From NCBI RefSeq assembly GCF_009914755.1, contig NC_060934.1: a stretch of 64,000 nucleotides of DNA; one strand, 5' to 3'. This stretch comes from the human T2T-CHM13v2.0 reference genome, Homo sapiens. The position numbers were made by a program, and so were the translations under genes. This document shows positions 1 to 18,279 of this stretch, one piece after another (position 1 is the stretch's first letter; each line of letters begins with the position of its first letter). The notes beneath the pieces are model-generated. The model was not told the DNA's origin. It saw only the letters and a program-made list of their open reading frames with translations, and did not search any database.

Positions 1-6
1 GTTACA

Positions 7-450
<444 letters not shown>

Positions 451-1087
451 TTCACAAGAAAGTGGGAGATGGCTGTGGAGGTCTGCCATGGACCCTAATT
501 CTTCATGCCTCATCCTCCATTACTTCCACATATAGTACATGCCTTTCTTTCCAGACTCTATAAGGTATAGTCTTGTTTACAGTTAGAAGTTAGCACATAG
601 TCTGGGTTCAATAAATATTGGTTGAATGAGTGAATGAACATGCTTATCCTACTTTCTCTCCATGGTAACCTCTACTGAGTTCAGTGAATAGAATAGGCCA
701 AGTATGATGACTAGTTTACCTTGTTTGCCGACTCAGATCTAATGGTAATGGTTTCCTGGAGTGATATGTAGAGGATTCTGAGGCTGCATCCAGGGTTCGG
801 TGAGAAAGCATGCTTGGTTTGATTCTCGTTGCCTGCTGTGGGTGTAGGAAAGGAGGCTGGCAATGTGCTTTTCTGGTAGAGACAGTGATTCAATTTCACT
901 GAACAGTTATTGCATGCCTAGTATGAGATGGGCACCAAGGAAACGGGCACCAAGCTTGATACTAGCGTAACAAGATGAGCAGGGCATCCTACCGTAGGAG
1001 TCTAGGCTTATTAGCAAGTCAAACATAAATAAATAAATAAATGTCTTGAGTTGTGTTGCGAAAAATGTTTTTGAATAAAAGCATCAA

Positions 1088-1429
<342 letters not shown>

Positions 1430-1604
1430 TCACTGTGAGCTGGGGTCATCCAGAAAGTGTTTACAGTAAGGTGATACTTGAACTGAGCCCACACACTGGG
1501 TCTGACGCAGGTGGTACCTCCCTTCCAGGCACTAATCCTCATTGTTTCTTCTTGGTCACGAGTTCTTTCCTGACCTTGTCTCCCTTAAGGCTGAATAGTA
1601 AAAT

Positions 1605-2773
<1,169 letters not shown>

Positions 2774-3076
2774 GATGCCAATTATAAAATACATTAGGCA
2801 TATTCATATTTTGATTCTTCACAATTCTGTGAAGTAGTTGCTATTTTCCCAGTTTTATAGATGGCATATTGATGCAAAGTTCTTGGCTGACAGTGGCAGA
2901 ACTGAGATATTTAAACTCTGTCTGCCTGCCTCTAGAGCCACTGCTCTGGTGTGCCAGCTCTGTGTAAGTTGTAATATAGAAAATATAGCATCCTAAATAT
3001 TAGCACCATACTTTATCCATTTAGTTCTCTGCATGCAGAGGGTTACCTTAGAAAGCCAAGTCTAATAAACTTTCAC

Positions 3077-3374
3077 TTTTTTTTTTTTTTTGAGGCAGAG
3101 TCTCACTGTGTCACCTAGGCTGGAGTGCAGGGGCACGATCTTGGCCCACTGCAACCTCTGCCTACCGGGTTCAAGCGATTCCCTTGCCTCAGCCTCCTGA
3201 GTAGCTGGGACTACAGGTGCCTGCGACCACGCCCAGCTAATTTTTTTTGTATTTTTAGTAGAGATGGGGTTTCACTATTTTGGCCAGGCTAGTCTTGAAC
3301 TCCTGACCTCATGATCCACCCGCCTTGGCCTCCCAAAGTGCTGGGATTACAGGCGTGAGCCACCGTACTTGGCC
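3077..3374 (-). mobile_element. Alu (AluS-type)
   Basis: Poly-T followed by reverse-complement Alu. Confidence 0.9.
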
Positions 3375-3804
3375 AAACTTGCATATTTTTATACATTGTC
3401 ACCTTTTACAGTGAATAAAATTTGTCATACTTTACAGTAGGCACTGCAATAATTTCTGAAGAACTATATGAATACCTTGATAACAAGTATGTTTTTTAAA
3501 ATGTATGTTGTTATACTAACAAATATGGTAAGTGATTTTTAGAGTGGTAGAATACATTTTCATATTTCATCTTATATTGTAAGATTAGGTAAGCAGCCAT
3601 GTTAAAGATAATGTTGCATTTGAAAATATTATGTGGCATTTAAAGAGAGACGTAAGAGAGAAAGGCTGGCCCCTTGGGCAGGGATTCACACGCTGACAGT
3701 GTGTTAGTATTTCCACTATAGAACAGTTCTTAGCTTTGACTGGTTCTTAGCTTTGTGAATCTGGAAAAGCAAGAATTACAAAGAGTTGATTAAAACTTGG
3801 GGAA

Positions 3805-4286
<482 letters not shown>

Positions 4287-5655
4287 TTAAGGTATTTTTT
4301 CTCCATTTATTGTGTTAAGTACTTGGTGAGCCCTTTCATTCTAAAGACTTTAATTTTCCTGTTTCAGGATATTAAAAAAGAATCTTTGATAATTTCCTCT
4401 AATTTCTTGCTTCTCTTTCTGGATCTCCTATTATTTTGGTGTTTGATCTTTTGGCTTAATTCTCTGAATTTTATTATTTCTTCTCTATTTTCTCTTTCCT
4501 TGTCTTTTTTGTTCTACTTTGTAGGTAATTATTTTTCCATTCTATTGAATTTTAAAATTTCAACCATCATGTTTTCAGTGTCTACAAGTTCCTCTGTTCC
4601 TTTTTTATAGCCTCCTGTTCTTCCTTAATGGATGTGACATCTTTTATATTCGAGGATATTAATGATTTTTAAAAATATCTTTCATCTGGTCCCTTTATTG
4701 TCTTTTTTTCTTCCATGTCCGTTTTTTCTCTCCTTTTTGAAAACGTTTTTCATCTTGGAGTTTTTTGTCTGTTTTCTAATCATTGTAGGCCTTCCTTCAT
4801 ATTTAAGAGTGAGGAGGACACACACAGATATTTGCAAACTTTGTGTACCTGGGTGGAGCTTGATGCCTGAGGATGCCAGCAGGCAGCAAACATTGATGGA
4901 AGATTCCCAGATAATGGTGTGTCCTCTGGGGTTGCTCAGTTTCTGCCCAGAAGAATCCTTTAATCTGTCTGTGTTGTGGGAGCAGGGTGGGAGGAAGGGG
5001 ACTAGGGGTCGCAGTGTTCAGTTTGACTTTCACATAACTTGTCATCATAGTCCAGGTCCAGCATTTCACCCCTATATTCATTTGGGCCATTATGTACCTC
5101 AACCCTCTTGAGTTCATTTTTTCCAGAGAATAAATCTGCTTACCAAAGGGGCTGAGGAGAATTAGTTGCTAGGATGTGCAAGGTAAGGAGATGGATATGT
5201 CTCGCTGCTCCCTGGATGGACTTCAGAGCTTCCTTTCCATGTTCCAGGATAACTCTTAAGTTCTAACCTGTTGCTCCTTGGCTTATTCCTCCCCTTGACT
5301 TTCTGTTTTCCAAACTTTTGTTGCCCTCTTTCTTCTATGGTTGATTCCTTTTCACTCAGCATTGTCCTTGGGATCTTTTTTTTAGTAGAGTTTCCAGAGG
5401 GAACACAGAGATAAAAGCACATGTTTAACCAGAATCTTCCTTTTCCTTTTCTTTCTTTAGTCTTTGCATAGCTGCTATGCTAGTTTTTATGATTATTTTT
5501 CTCAATGATATGAGTTATTCCTAGGCTAGTTATTTGTAGTTGTGTGTTGAGGAGGGGCCAGAGTGGTGTTCTGAGTCTTCCCTCTGAGTTCTTTCAGCCT
5601 CTGATTCCCTCTAGGCAATGAAGATGGGCTGCTGGGTGGCCCTTTTCAGCCCTTG

Positions 5656-6103
5656 TGTTGCAGGTGAGCAGTGACTATTTGGGGCCAATGGTGTGGGTGG
5701 TAAGAAGAATTTACCATGACAGTTGGAGGCAGAGAAAGGCAAATTTATTAGAGAAAGTGTGAAAATATGTTGCAAGGGTACAATGGGCAGGTCAGCAAGA
5801 AAGGAGCTGACTGCAGGGAGACAAAGGCTTGCTGGGGATTTTATAAGATGGTACTTGTGCTGTGTCCTGAAGAGGGCTTTGTGCAGCGCTGATAATGCCA
5901 AGGTTGCAGTGAGCTCACTTGCATTTTTCTGTCAATTGAGGGTGCGGTAATAGCTGGGCATGGAAAGATAGTGAGTTACTTGCGCAGGAGGGCTGTGTGT
6001 CCTGGACCATGAAGAAAGGCAGACTTACAGCTTATCTGCCTTGTCTTTTTGCTTTCTTCTGCTCCCGCCAGTCCAACTCCTCTTCCCTAATGAGGACTGC
6101 ACA
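5656..6103 (-). mobile_element. Solo ERVL-class LTR (LTR47-like)
   Basis: TG...CA termini, 448 bp, 5-bp TSD CCTTG (5651-5655) / CCTCG (6104-6108) differing at a CpG; minus strand begins TGTGCAGTCCTCATTAGGGAAGAGGAG, like recalled LTR47. Confidence 0.65.
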
Positions 6104-6521
6104 CCTCGCTTTGCTTCTGCCTTCTTCAAAGACAGCGTGCCTGTTTATTTTCCCCTCTCTCTCTCACCCTTTGCTGTGGTTCAGTCTAGATGCAGAATGA
6201 ATTTCTGACACCAGCCCGCACACCCTGTTTTCACTGTGCAAAGAAAAGATTCTTGGTTTTGCCCCCACAGTAGTTCCATCATCTGTGTAGACAGGTCTTC
6301 AGACATTCGCTTCTGGTGTCTTCCTTTATCCTATTCCATCTTTCCTTTCTTGAGAGAACTTTCTCATATACTGAGGTTCAGAGTCTAGATGATTCTCAGT
6401 ATTATCAGCAATGGAGTCTTTTTTTCCCTTTCCCTTGTTTTTAATGATATCTGAGAACAGGACAGAAAGGTTTTATTCTGTCATCTCTTCATGCAACTGT
6501 ACTCTCATTTATTTCTTTCTT

Positions 6522-7138
6522 CTTTTTTTGAGACGGGGTCTCACTCTCTTGCCCAGGCTATAGTGCAGCGGTGTGATCTTAGGTCATTGTAGCCTCAAAC
6601 TCTTGGGCTCAAGGGATCCTTCTGTGTCAGCTTCCTGAATAGCTGTGACCACAGGTGTTCTCCTTCACACCTGGATAATTTTTAATTTTTTTGTAAAGAC
6701 AGAGTCTCTGTGTTACCCAGGCTGGTCTCAAACTCCTGGGCTCAAGCAATCCTCCCATCTCAGCCTCTCAAAGTGCTGAAATTACAGGTGTGAGCCACCA
6801 TGACTGGCCTTGTTCTTCAATTTTAAGGCTTTTATTTTTATTTATTTATTTTTGAGACAGTGTTTTACGTTGTCACCCAGGCTGGAGTGCAGTGGCACGA
6901 TCTTAACTCACTGCAGCCTCGACCTCCCATGTTCAAGTGATCAGTCCTCCCACCTCAGCCCCCCAAATAGCTGGGACTACAGGCGCATGCCACCTCGCCC
7001 AGCTAATTTCTGTGTATTTTGTAGAGACAGGGTTTTGCCATGTAGTCCAAGCTGATCTCTACCTCCTGACCTCAAGCGATCCACTCACTCAGCCTGCCAG
7101 AGTGCTAGGATTACAGGTGTGAGCCACCACACCTAGCC
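6522..7138 (-). mobile_element. Two tandem AluJ-type elements just upstream of exon 3
   Basis: Reverse Alu consensus at ~6522-6809 and ~6833-7138. Confidence 0.85.
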
Positions 7139-7241
7139 TAATTTTAAGGCTATTTAAAAACATATACTCAGTACCCCTGAAATTAGGAGCATGCGGTGCC
7201 CAAGTCCTTTTCTTTCTTGATGTTTGTTTGTGTTTTTTTAG

Positions 7242-7299
7242 GGATGATCCACCAACACATTCTCAGCCAGACAGTGATGATGAAGCAGAAGAAATACAG
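7242..7299 (+). CDS. CDC123: CDC123 (ATP-grasp eIF2 assembly factor) internal exon, likely exon 3; (R)DDPPTHSQPDSDDEAEEIQ
   Basis: Polypyrimidine tract + ttttag acceptor; CAG|gttggt donor; 58 nt, phase 2 to 0; translation matches recalled human CDC123 residues ~49-68. Exons 1-2 are not in the window. Confidence 0.96.
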
Positions 7300-7564
7300 G
7301 TTGGTACCAAATAAAATAATCTGTTCTGTAGACTGTTGTAATTTAAATGATCTCTGAGATGGTTCTGACTTGTAGATCTTATCTTACATCTGATAAAATG
7401 AGAAATTACGTGAGAATCTTACTTTGACATATATTTTCACATATGCTGTATTCCGGAAAAGATGTCTCCTGTTTGATTTATAATTTTTAGATAGAGCACT
7501 GCTTTTTGAAGCCCAGTGCAGTATTTAAATTTAATGTTTTATTTTTTTCCTCTTTTTCATGCAG

Positions 7565-7597
7565 TGGTCTGATGATGAGAACACAGCCACGCTTACG
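7565..7597 (+). CDS. CDC123: CDC123 exon 4 (33 nt), WSDDENTATLT
   Basis: catgcag acceptor, ACG|gtaaga donor, phase 0-0, continues the frame. Confidence 0.96.
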
Positions 7598-7972
7598 GTA
7601 AGAGCACAGCAGACTCAGCGTGGGGACAGCCTCACACTGTCACACAAGGGTTAGCGTCAAGGTTTAAGTGCATACCTCTCTTAAATTCCTAGTCAGTCAC
7701 CATCTCATATATTATTTTCCCTGTGGGCTGTCGTTTTTATTTTGAAAAATAACTTGAAGCATCATTTAGCAGGCAAACATGATTTGCCCTTTTTCCCTTT
7801 GATTGCAAAGGAAATATTTCGAGTGCGTATTTGATGCCTTGACTTCTGTTAAGCTCTGACTCTCTGCAAGAAGGAATTACGCCTAACATTAAACTCTGAG
7901 ATTCCTAAATCTCTGGAACATAAAGTGAAAATCTGTATTTCCTTATTCAAGTATATTTATTTAGTTAGTTAG

Positions 7973-8276
<304 letters not shown>

Positions 8277-9078
8277 TCAAGCGTATTTAAATGGCATAAA
8301 AATTACTGTTTCTTTCAAGCGAGAGTAGAGAGGTATGTGACTTTTACCAGTGTTTTACATAAAAATGTAGAAGTTATCAAGCATATTACAGTGTTTCAGG
8401 ATAAGAGTGCTGTTGTGAAAGTTAACCTAAAATTTTTTAAATGAAGGTATTTTTAAAGGAGTGAGTGAAGCAAATGATCTATTTCTAAAAATAGGTGAAT
8501 GAAACTCCTCATACCTTGAGTTGACAGGGGAAAGTTTTTAGTGAAACTCCTTACAAGTAAATGTAAAGGCAGAAATATAGAAAACTAGTTTTGTGGGAGG
8601 GTCTGTTCTAATCCAGCTCTAGATAAGAAGATACTTGTTTATTTTAATGAACAAGATATGATTGCCAGGATAGAAGAAAAAAAAAGAAGTGGAGCTGCTC
8701 AAAACTGACATATTTCTTTAGATTTAAAAAGGGAAGCCTGCCAGCAGGTGCCTAAGTGGAAAGTTTGCGTGTTTCATTTACTCCAGATGCCATTCAGATC
8801 ACTCTCCTTTTATGAAAATTCCATTCAGTGTCATGTAAATGTTACTTATCTGCCATACTCAGGGCACTAAACTAGATTCCGTGAGATGAACAAAGATGAA
8901 TATGATTTCATTTCCACCATTAGGGGTTTGTAAACCAGTGGGAAAGGTGACACAGGCAGGGGGAGATGACAGTGCTGTCAGATCAGAGACAGCAGTTACA
9001 GCTGAGGGCACCAGAATGCCTGACAGGACAAGTGGTATCTGACCTGGATTTTAATAGTGGTGGGGAGTATCAGTATCA

Positions 9079-9442
<364 letters not shown>

Positions 9443-9732
9443 TTACCAAACTCTGCTCACTAAGAAGTTTTAGAATCAATGACATGTAACATCCTGGTAG
9501 CAGTGAGCACGCCTGATGCCTTGATCTTGGTTTCTAAATACCATTCTCCACTAAACAAAATTGAAGCTTCTTGGAGATATTCTGGACTGGGATTGGGAAA
9601 GTAAAAATGAGCCTGCAACAACTTGTGCCAGAAACTGTGGAAGTGCTGAAACAATGATGTGACATGACAAAAAGATGCCAGAAGCTAGCTTTGGGCTCTC
9701 ACTGTCTAAAAATATGAGCATCATAACAAATA

Positions 9733-10190
9733 GAGTTTGAGTATTCTTAATCCCCAAATTCAAAATTGAAAATGCTCCAAATTCCAAAACTTTTTAAAAA
9801 GACTGACTATCACTGTGTTGCCCAGGCTGCACTCAAACTTCTGGGCTCAAGTGATCCTTCTGCTTCAGCTTCCTGAGTAGCAGGTACTGCAGGTGTGTGC
9901 CAGCATGCTTAGCTCCCAAAACTTTACGAGCACTAACATGACACCACAAGTGGAAAATTCCACACCTGACCTCATGTGACAGGTACAGCCACAATGCAGG
10001 TGCACAACCCAGCTCATTCAGCCTCCCCAAGGGAAAAATGAAATTACCTTCAGGCCGTGTGCATAAGGTGTATATGAAACGTAAATGACTTTTGTGTTTA
10101 GATTTGGGTCCCATCCCCATTATGTATATGCAAATATTCTGAAATCCAAAACACTTCTGGTCTTACCCATTTTGGATAAGGGATACTCTA
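9733..10190. mobile_element. Tigger4/MER46-type DNA transposon interrupted by an Alu monomer (~9800-9915)
   Basis: aaatgctccaaattccaaaactttt ... aacacttctggtc...ggataagggatactc matches Tigger4/Zombi ends. Confidence 0.7.
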
Positions 10191-13016
10191 TGTGAAGTAT
10201 AAGAATAGGTTATGACCTATTGACTAAAATAAGAATTGCTGATCCCATAGTGACATACATAAGTGATTAAATAAGTGGGGAAAAAAGGAAGCTTGTCTTT
10301 ATAGTACTAAAGGCACTAACTAATACATGTAGTAGGAATGATGGAATTAGGAATTACTATTTGGCAACCATTGTAATAATATTTGATTGAATAGATGCTA
10401 AAATTAGTGGGTGAATATACAGTGAGAAAGAGGATAGTTCCATCTTTTCTAAGTATCTTCACCCAAATTACTTACTGTTTGCGCAAAGAAAAATAGTAAT
10501 GTTACAATGCAAAGACCTGGCAGCCAAGTGATCAGTATTAACCTTGTCAGTGATGGGACAGACCTGTCATGTGTGCCTCCTGATACGATGCATGGGAAGG
10601 ACACCACCTGTCACAGCTGCGCAGCCTGAGTCTGCTTGGGAGGAGACATCCAACAGACTCAACTTTTAGAAATTGTATAGAGTAGTTGCCCTGAACTTTT
10701 CAAAAACGTCAAGGTCATAAATGGTAAGAACAACAGAGAGAGGAACTGCCACAGATTGAAGAAGATTAAAGGGACCTGACAACTAGATTTAGTCCATGAT
10801 TCTGGCTAGACTGGATGCCTGGACCAGAAAAAAAGTTTCAGTTTTTTTTTTTTCTGTAGAAGACGTTACTAGGACACTTGGCAAATTTTGAATAAGATCT
10901 GTATTGTGTCAGTGTTAGTTCCGTGATTTTGATAGATAATTTATAGAAAATGGTAAAATCATGACTCATATAAAACTCTTTAATGCGTGTTGAAGATGTT
11001 ATTTAACTCATGAGGGAACCAGACAGATTGTTAGAACTGGTTCAAAAGAGAATCCAAAGAAAAGATATATTTTTAGATCAGGAATATTGAAATGAGTATG
11101 TAAATGAGGCAAAACTGGTTTTGCCTCCCTGCAGTATGGGAGAAAAGACAATTGGACCTCTTCCAGATGAGATAGAAATTGCCTGTCCGTAAGAATTAGT
11201 TCATGTCACTATCACTTACCTAGAATTTGCCAAGTTGTAAAGTAGCTCACAGACCTGGCTAAAAACAGATAACCTAGAAGGTTGTGCTGTATGTAAACAG
11301 TACATAGTCTTCCACTTAAGACTGTGCATAAACTTTTTATAATTTAAATTTGTTTTAGGATTCTTATGGCAGGTTATCCTAAAGTTGAATAATTTTGAGG
11401 ATTTGAGGGGACTGATCACATCTTTTAAAAGGCATACATGAAAAGTAATCCTTAGATGTCAAGCTTTATGGGATAGGAAAATTAAATTGCTTTGTCTTTG
11501 AAAGTTGAATTCTTTCCCGTTGTAAAGTTTGTGCAACAATGCCGTTCATAGGAAATACTGCCAGTGCCCATCTCACAGAAGTGGGGTTTATGGCTAGAGC
11601 GGTAGGGGAGCCAAGTCAGCCGCTTCAGGCAATTATAAGGAAATGCCCTCACATAAATCATAATTGCTTTGGATGGGGAGAGATGAATGGAAAATAAAGG
11701 ACTCAGTGCTGCTGTTCATTTTGAAAACCTCTCTAAATTACTCTAGTCTCATTTCATGTATCTAAGCTGAAGTCGTCTAGTGGAAGATAGATAGTTATTA
11801 ACCAGTCTAGAGGTCAGATTTATCTGTAACAGAAAGGAAGGCAGCCTAATTGGACCTTAAGCTCTCGTTTTTATTCCCTAGCCTTTTGCTCAAAGCTGTT
11901 TCTTGTTTTGGGGGATATATGACCATGTTTTAAAACTCATTTCTTTGGTCTTTTCTCAGACTCTTGTCACAGTTTTTTCTCTCGCATAGCTGGGTTAGAT
12001 CTTGGGGATCCACATAACTATTTGATGTCATCTTGGAATGTGTAGTTTAGTTAATTCAAGATGTAGTCTGTCTTTTTTTTTTCCTAGGGAAGAAGTTGAT
12101 TACTGGATTTTTTCAGAACTTATAGTTGCCCGATAGGGGGCAGCAATCCTCTTTACAGGGTATAAATGAAAATTAATGACTGCGTGGAGAATCTGTTAAT
12201 GTTTTTGTTTTTTTATGTCTCTTGAGGGCCCTACTTCCCCCTCTCTTACTTACCTTTTTTTCTTTCTTATGTCCATAAGCTCCTGTGATAGTGACCTAGG
12301 CTCAAGGCAGGACATAATGACATCAGGCTTAAGTTCCTGTTTAACAGCAGTATTTCTATTCACTTCCGGGTCGAAACAAACACAGAACGTTTTGGTCACT
12401 AGCTTATATAAAATATGCATTTTAAAAATCATCCAAACAGGAAAGAACGTTTTACCTTGACTAAGGTTCACATTTTGAGTTTTGCTTGTTTTAAAACTTG
12501 TCTGGAAATAGCAGTGTTTAAATACAGTTTGCCACATCATTTATTTTTCATTCTCTCCGTGGCTTTGGGGAATACCATATGGCTAAGACTCTTCCTGCAA
12601 GTGGAAGGGCTTCTAGCTCTTCAAGTAGGGATGTTATTTCTGACAACTAGAGTATTGCTACAGGTGATATTCCACCTGTCTATTTTCTCTTGATGAATGC
12701 TGGTTTTATGTCGGTGTACAGAGAACCATTCACTCCTTCCTCACATCCTCAGAAGCCTAGTGACTTGTGTCATTTCAGCTTTGCAGGCTTTGATTGTCTG
12801 GAAAATGCCATTTAAGCAGCTGATTATTTTATTTCTCTTTTTGGTAAATGTACTTTATCACTGATTTTATTTAGCTGGGTTCAGAAATTCTGATAGTAAT
12901 TTGTATTCTAAATTCTGTTTTTAACACCCTAAACTATAACCTTGAGATTTTGATCTTGTTTTATATATATACTGTGATGATATTGACGTGCCCAATGATT
13001 TCTTCTCTCTCTGTAG

Positions 13017-13112
13017 GCACCAGAATTTCCTGAGTTTGCCACTAAAGTCCAGGAAGCTATCAATTCCCTCGGGGGCAGTGTCTTTCCTAAGCTTAATTGG
13101 AGTGCCCCAAGG
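13017..13112 (+). CDS. CDC123: CDC123 exon 5 (96 nt), [32 protein letters not shown]
   Basis: ctgtag acceptor, AGG|gtagga donor; contains the conserved Cdc123 FPKLNWSAP motif. Confidence 0.97.
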
Positions 13113-14637
13113 GTAGGAACACATAAGTAATTCTCTTACTGTTTGAATATTCTTTGTTTTGCTGTTTATTTCATTTCATATCCCTACAGAGGGTCTAATT
13201 ATATTCCTAATTCTAGGAAAAATACTGTGGAATTTATTATTAATTTCCCTCTACTGTTTTACTTTCCGGATTTTGCTATACACTTGCCTGGGTCTGTGAA
13301 ATACTGTATATTCTGCCAAAAGGTAGTTTCCACGTCTTGTGTTGCTGATTGTTTTTGAATTCTGAGGAAATTCATACTCTGCCCTTTTCAAAACTTCAGC
13401 TGTTCAGTTTAACAGAGAAATTTTTCTTTGTTGAAAAGTAATAAAAATAAAAAAAGTAATAGTGTCATAGGCTATAGAAATAGAGTGGTTGGAGAAGTCA
13501 ACTGATCTTTTCTTAAATTGTGTCTTATTATTTTAATACTGCATTGACAAGATTTTTATAAAAGTTAAGGCCTGTGGAAAAATCCGTTAGTTGTTTTAAT
13601 CCAATAGAAAACAGTTTTGTATTAGCAAAGCTTATTTAAGGAATCAGAGACCTATTTGTAATTTCAAAAGTTATCTCATGCCTTTTTTATTCTAAAATGA
13701 ATGATAATTTGTACTTAATCTAAGTTTTGTTTTTACTTTTATTATTTTTTCTTTTTTGTTTTTACTTCTAAAAATTAATTATACTCTACATGTACAGAAT
13801 TTAAAATTTCAAATAGATTTGGAAGCTTGCCATGAAAATCAGCAGGTCTTGACACCTATTTTACTTCACCATTTCCTACTCCCCAGAGGTAGCTGTTTTC
13901 AAATATTTTAGTACTTTTCTTCCATGTAGTGTGGATAACTGGATAGTGGTTTGCAACTGTTAGTTTTCTCAAAATTCTGTTATATCCTGTGTCTGATCTG
14001 TCTGTGGGAGAGTTGTATTTTTTAAATGACTTAATTATTCTGTAATTTTTAGGCATGTTCCACTGAGCTTTGTGCCTGCTTTGCATTTGCCTTCCCATCT
14101 TTTGTTCTTATGTATGAGACATTCACCATTTAAAGTTGTAGTGGTTCAGAATAGCTCACCTCCTTCTCTTTCAGATTTGATAGACGTGGGGTGTAACTGC
14201 TCCAGCCGCCAAAGTTCAAGTGTTTGGCTGCCACTCCCCAGAAACGGGAAGAGTGGAAATTGATCTCTCTTTTCTTGGAGAGTAGCTGGTCAGGCTATTT
14301 CTTTACTACCTTAATCTTGTAGCCAAAATGTCGATGTTTCTGATACCTCATTTTCTTCTCTTCTATTATCAGTAAGAAAAACACTGGGAAGTACTTAGGC
14401 CTGGGCTGAAATGTGAGGACCCTGACATCTCAGTGTTCATAACCAAGTGTCTGAAATGCAGTGGTGACGCTTTTTGTTGTTAAGCATAATTTAACATTTG
14501 ACAGTACTGCTTAAATTTACTTGACTTTCTTCCTTAAACCCTTGAAGTGATATGCATTATTGATTTTGTTATAGGCCTGAGCATTCATAGCAGCCAACAT
14601 GGAATATGGACTAAATAGCATGTGCTTCATTCTTTAG

Positions 14638-14744
14638 GATGCGTATTGGATAGCAATGAATAGTTCTCTGAAATGTAAAACCCTCAGCGACATCTTTCTG
14701 CTTTTCAAGAGTTCCGATTTCATCACTCGTGACTTCACTCAGCC
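14638..14744 (+). CDS. CDC123: CDC123 exon 6 (107 nt), DAYWIAMNSSLKCKTLSDIFLLFKSSDFITRDFTQ(P)
   Basis: ctttag acceptor, GCC|gtaagt donor, phase 0 to 2; conserved KSSDF motif. Confidence 0.97.
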
Positions 14745-15051
14745 GTAAGTATCTCTTATTCTCTCATGTCAATAGTTTCAGTATTTGTGCAAATTTCTCT
14801 ATAGATGAAATTCCATTACTTATAGTACTATTATAAATCATAGCTCCATATAACAAAGCTATTTCATATTGCCAAAATGACCTGTTAAAGCAAATCTTTC
14901 TTTTCCCTTTATAGAAAATGGTGTATAATGAATATCTGAAAATGTTAAGGACTTCCTGCGTCTCTGCCCATTAAACATTTCAGTAATTTTTTTTCTATTA
15001 TAAAACTGATAAATATTTATCATAGAAAAGCAAAATTAGGGATTACAGCTA

Positions 15052-15815
<764 letters not shown>

Positions 15816-16608
15816 TGTGGTTTATATTTCTTAGTGGGCTGCTTTTGCACTTACCAGTGTGACATCATTGCGTGTCTAAATTCATTATTTTCCATTCCCT
15901 TAGTGCTGCGCCTCTGGAGAGCTGTACCATGACATATTTGACCTACCCTCTGTTCTTCCAGAGCTGCAATGAATATCCTTGAGCTAACTCTTTGTGCACT
16001 CCCCTAATTTTCTCCTTAGGATAAGTTTCTAGAAGTGGAATTGCTGTATTTCTTTCCTTTTGCCAGTCACTCTATAGCTAAAGAATTTGACAGTGCAGTC
16101 AGCGTTGTAGGTGGACGGAATACCTGCCCTGCTGAGCCGCAGGTGCTCTCTTTATGCTTCTTTTGTTGTCTTCAAATAGCAGCTATTTTTCTAGGTTTTT
16201 CTTCCTGTTGCATCTTAAACAGACCAGTTATCTCAGGTAAACTCATCTTTAAACTGGTCTTTAAAGCATATCCCAGAACCTAGAAGCAGGAGCATGAGAG
16301 TGAAAATCTTGCATAAGCATGCCACTTCCGCCCTGTCCAGTTGAGTTTGTCCTGCCAGTTCGTTCCATGTCAGACTCAAATCCTTTTTTTGAAGTGGATC
16401 GTGGCATGAATAACTTAAGTTCACTACGTGTCGGTCGTGCATCAACTCTGGCGTGTGAGCTCTGCAGCTTGGACATAAGGTTGTAGTATTATATTAATTC
16501 AAGAAAGGGAAGTTAAGTAATCAGTGAGTGTGGTTGTGTTACATCGTATTACATGTTTATTGTATAAGGATTTTACTTGTATTGGTATTTCTAGTTTTAT
16601 AGAAAAAA

Positions 16609-16657
16609 GTGTGTGTGTGTGGTGTGTGTCTGTGTGTCTGTGTCTGTGTGTGTGTGT
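16609..16657 (+). repeat. Imperfect (TG)n microsatellite
   Basis: gtgtgtgtgtgtggtgtgtgtctgtgtgtctg... Confidence 0.9.
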
Positions 16658-16964
16658 TTAATAGAGATGGGGTCTCACTATGTTGCCCAAGCTGGTCTCA
16701 AACTCCTGGTCTCAAGTGATCCTTCTGTGCCTGAGCAAGTATTGTTTTGACATTTAATTGTCAACCCTCTGGTTGTGTTGGCACAGGTGTTGGTAGCCTG
16801 TTTTAGTAACCAGTAGTATTTTCATTCTAGGAGATACCCTCTGAAAAATAGAACAAAGTTGTGGCTCTTTTTTCCATTGTAAAGCTTTTTGACATCTAAT
16901 GCTTTAAGAGGTCTTAAAATATGTTACACTGAAAATGCTGTCTACTTGATAATTCAACTGATAA

Positions 16965-17410
<446 letters not shown>

Positions 17411-17976
17411 CTTATAAGGATTTTTATATGCCTTTAGTGTCAGTTGCAGTGAGTGTGGGAAGACACTTTTGCCTTTCCAGAACTAACTATAAATTGCTTT
17501 TAATTCTGAGGCTGATGTTTTTTTTAAATCAGCTTTGCAATTTAATGATCAGCTGCCTCCTCTTAAGCTACGTCTTGCTTTTTATCTTCGTTTAACTGAT
17601 GTTCCAGTGGATGGTATGAATAATAGTCTGTTGTTTTGCATTTTGTACTTTTTGACTTTTGCATGGCAAGGAAGTTAAATCAGCAAGTGAGTTTGAGGTC
17701 TTGGATTTAGAGTGTTTACCCACAAAATGCCATCCTTCTGCTATTATAAATAATTGGGAATTGGCAGGAGCAAATGCCAAGCACTGGGCTTTCAGCCTTT
17801 TAGCTGGGCGCTACTAACGTGTCACTTTGTCTAGAAGTAACTGTTGGTAGTTGCTTAGCAATTAATCGGTTGCATAACAGGAAGTGTTGCCATCACATAA
17901 AAATTCCTTATTGATAGAACTCAGTAAAGATGAATGTTTGTCACAAAGGCCTTGAAGAGCTCTTAAAAGATTAAAT

Positions 17977-18279
<303 letters not shown>

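Noticed and set aside
10970-11380. Unique-looking stretch that might be an exon or old repeat
   Set aside because: It is not needed for the CDC123 frame, has no convincing ORF, and I could not assign a family from memory
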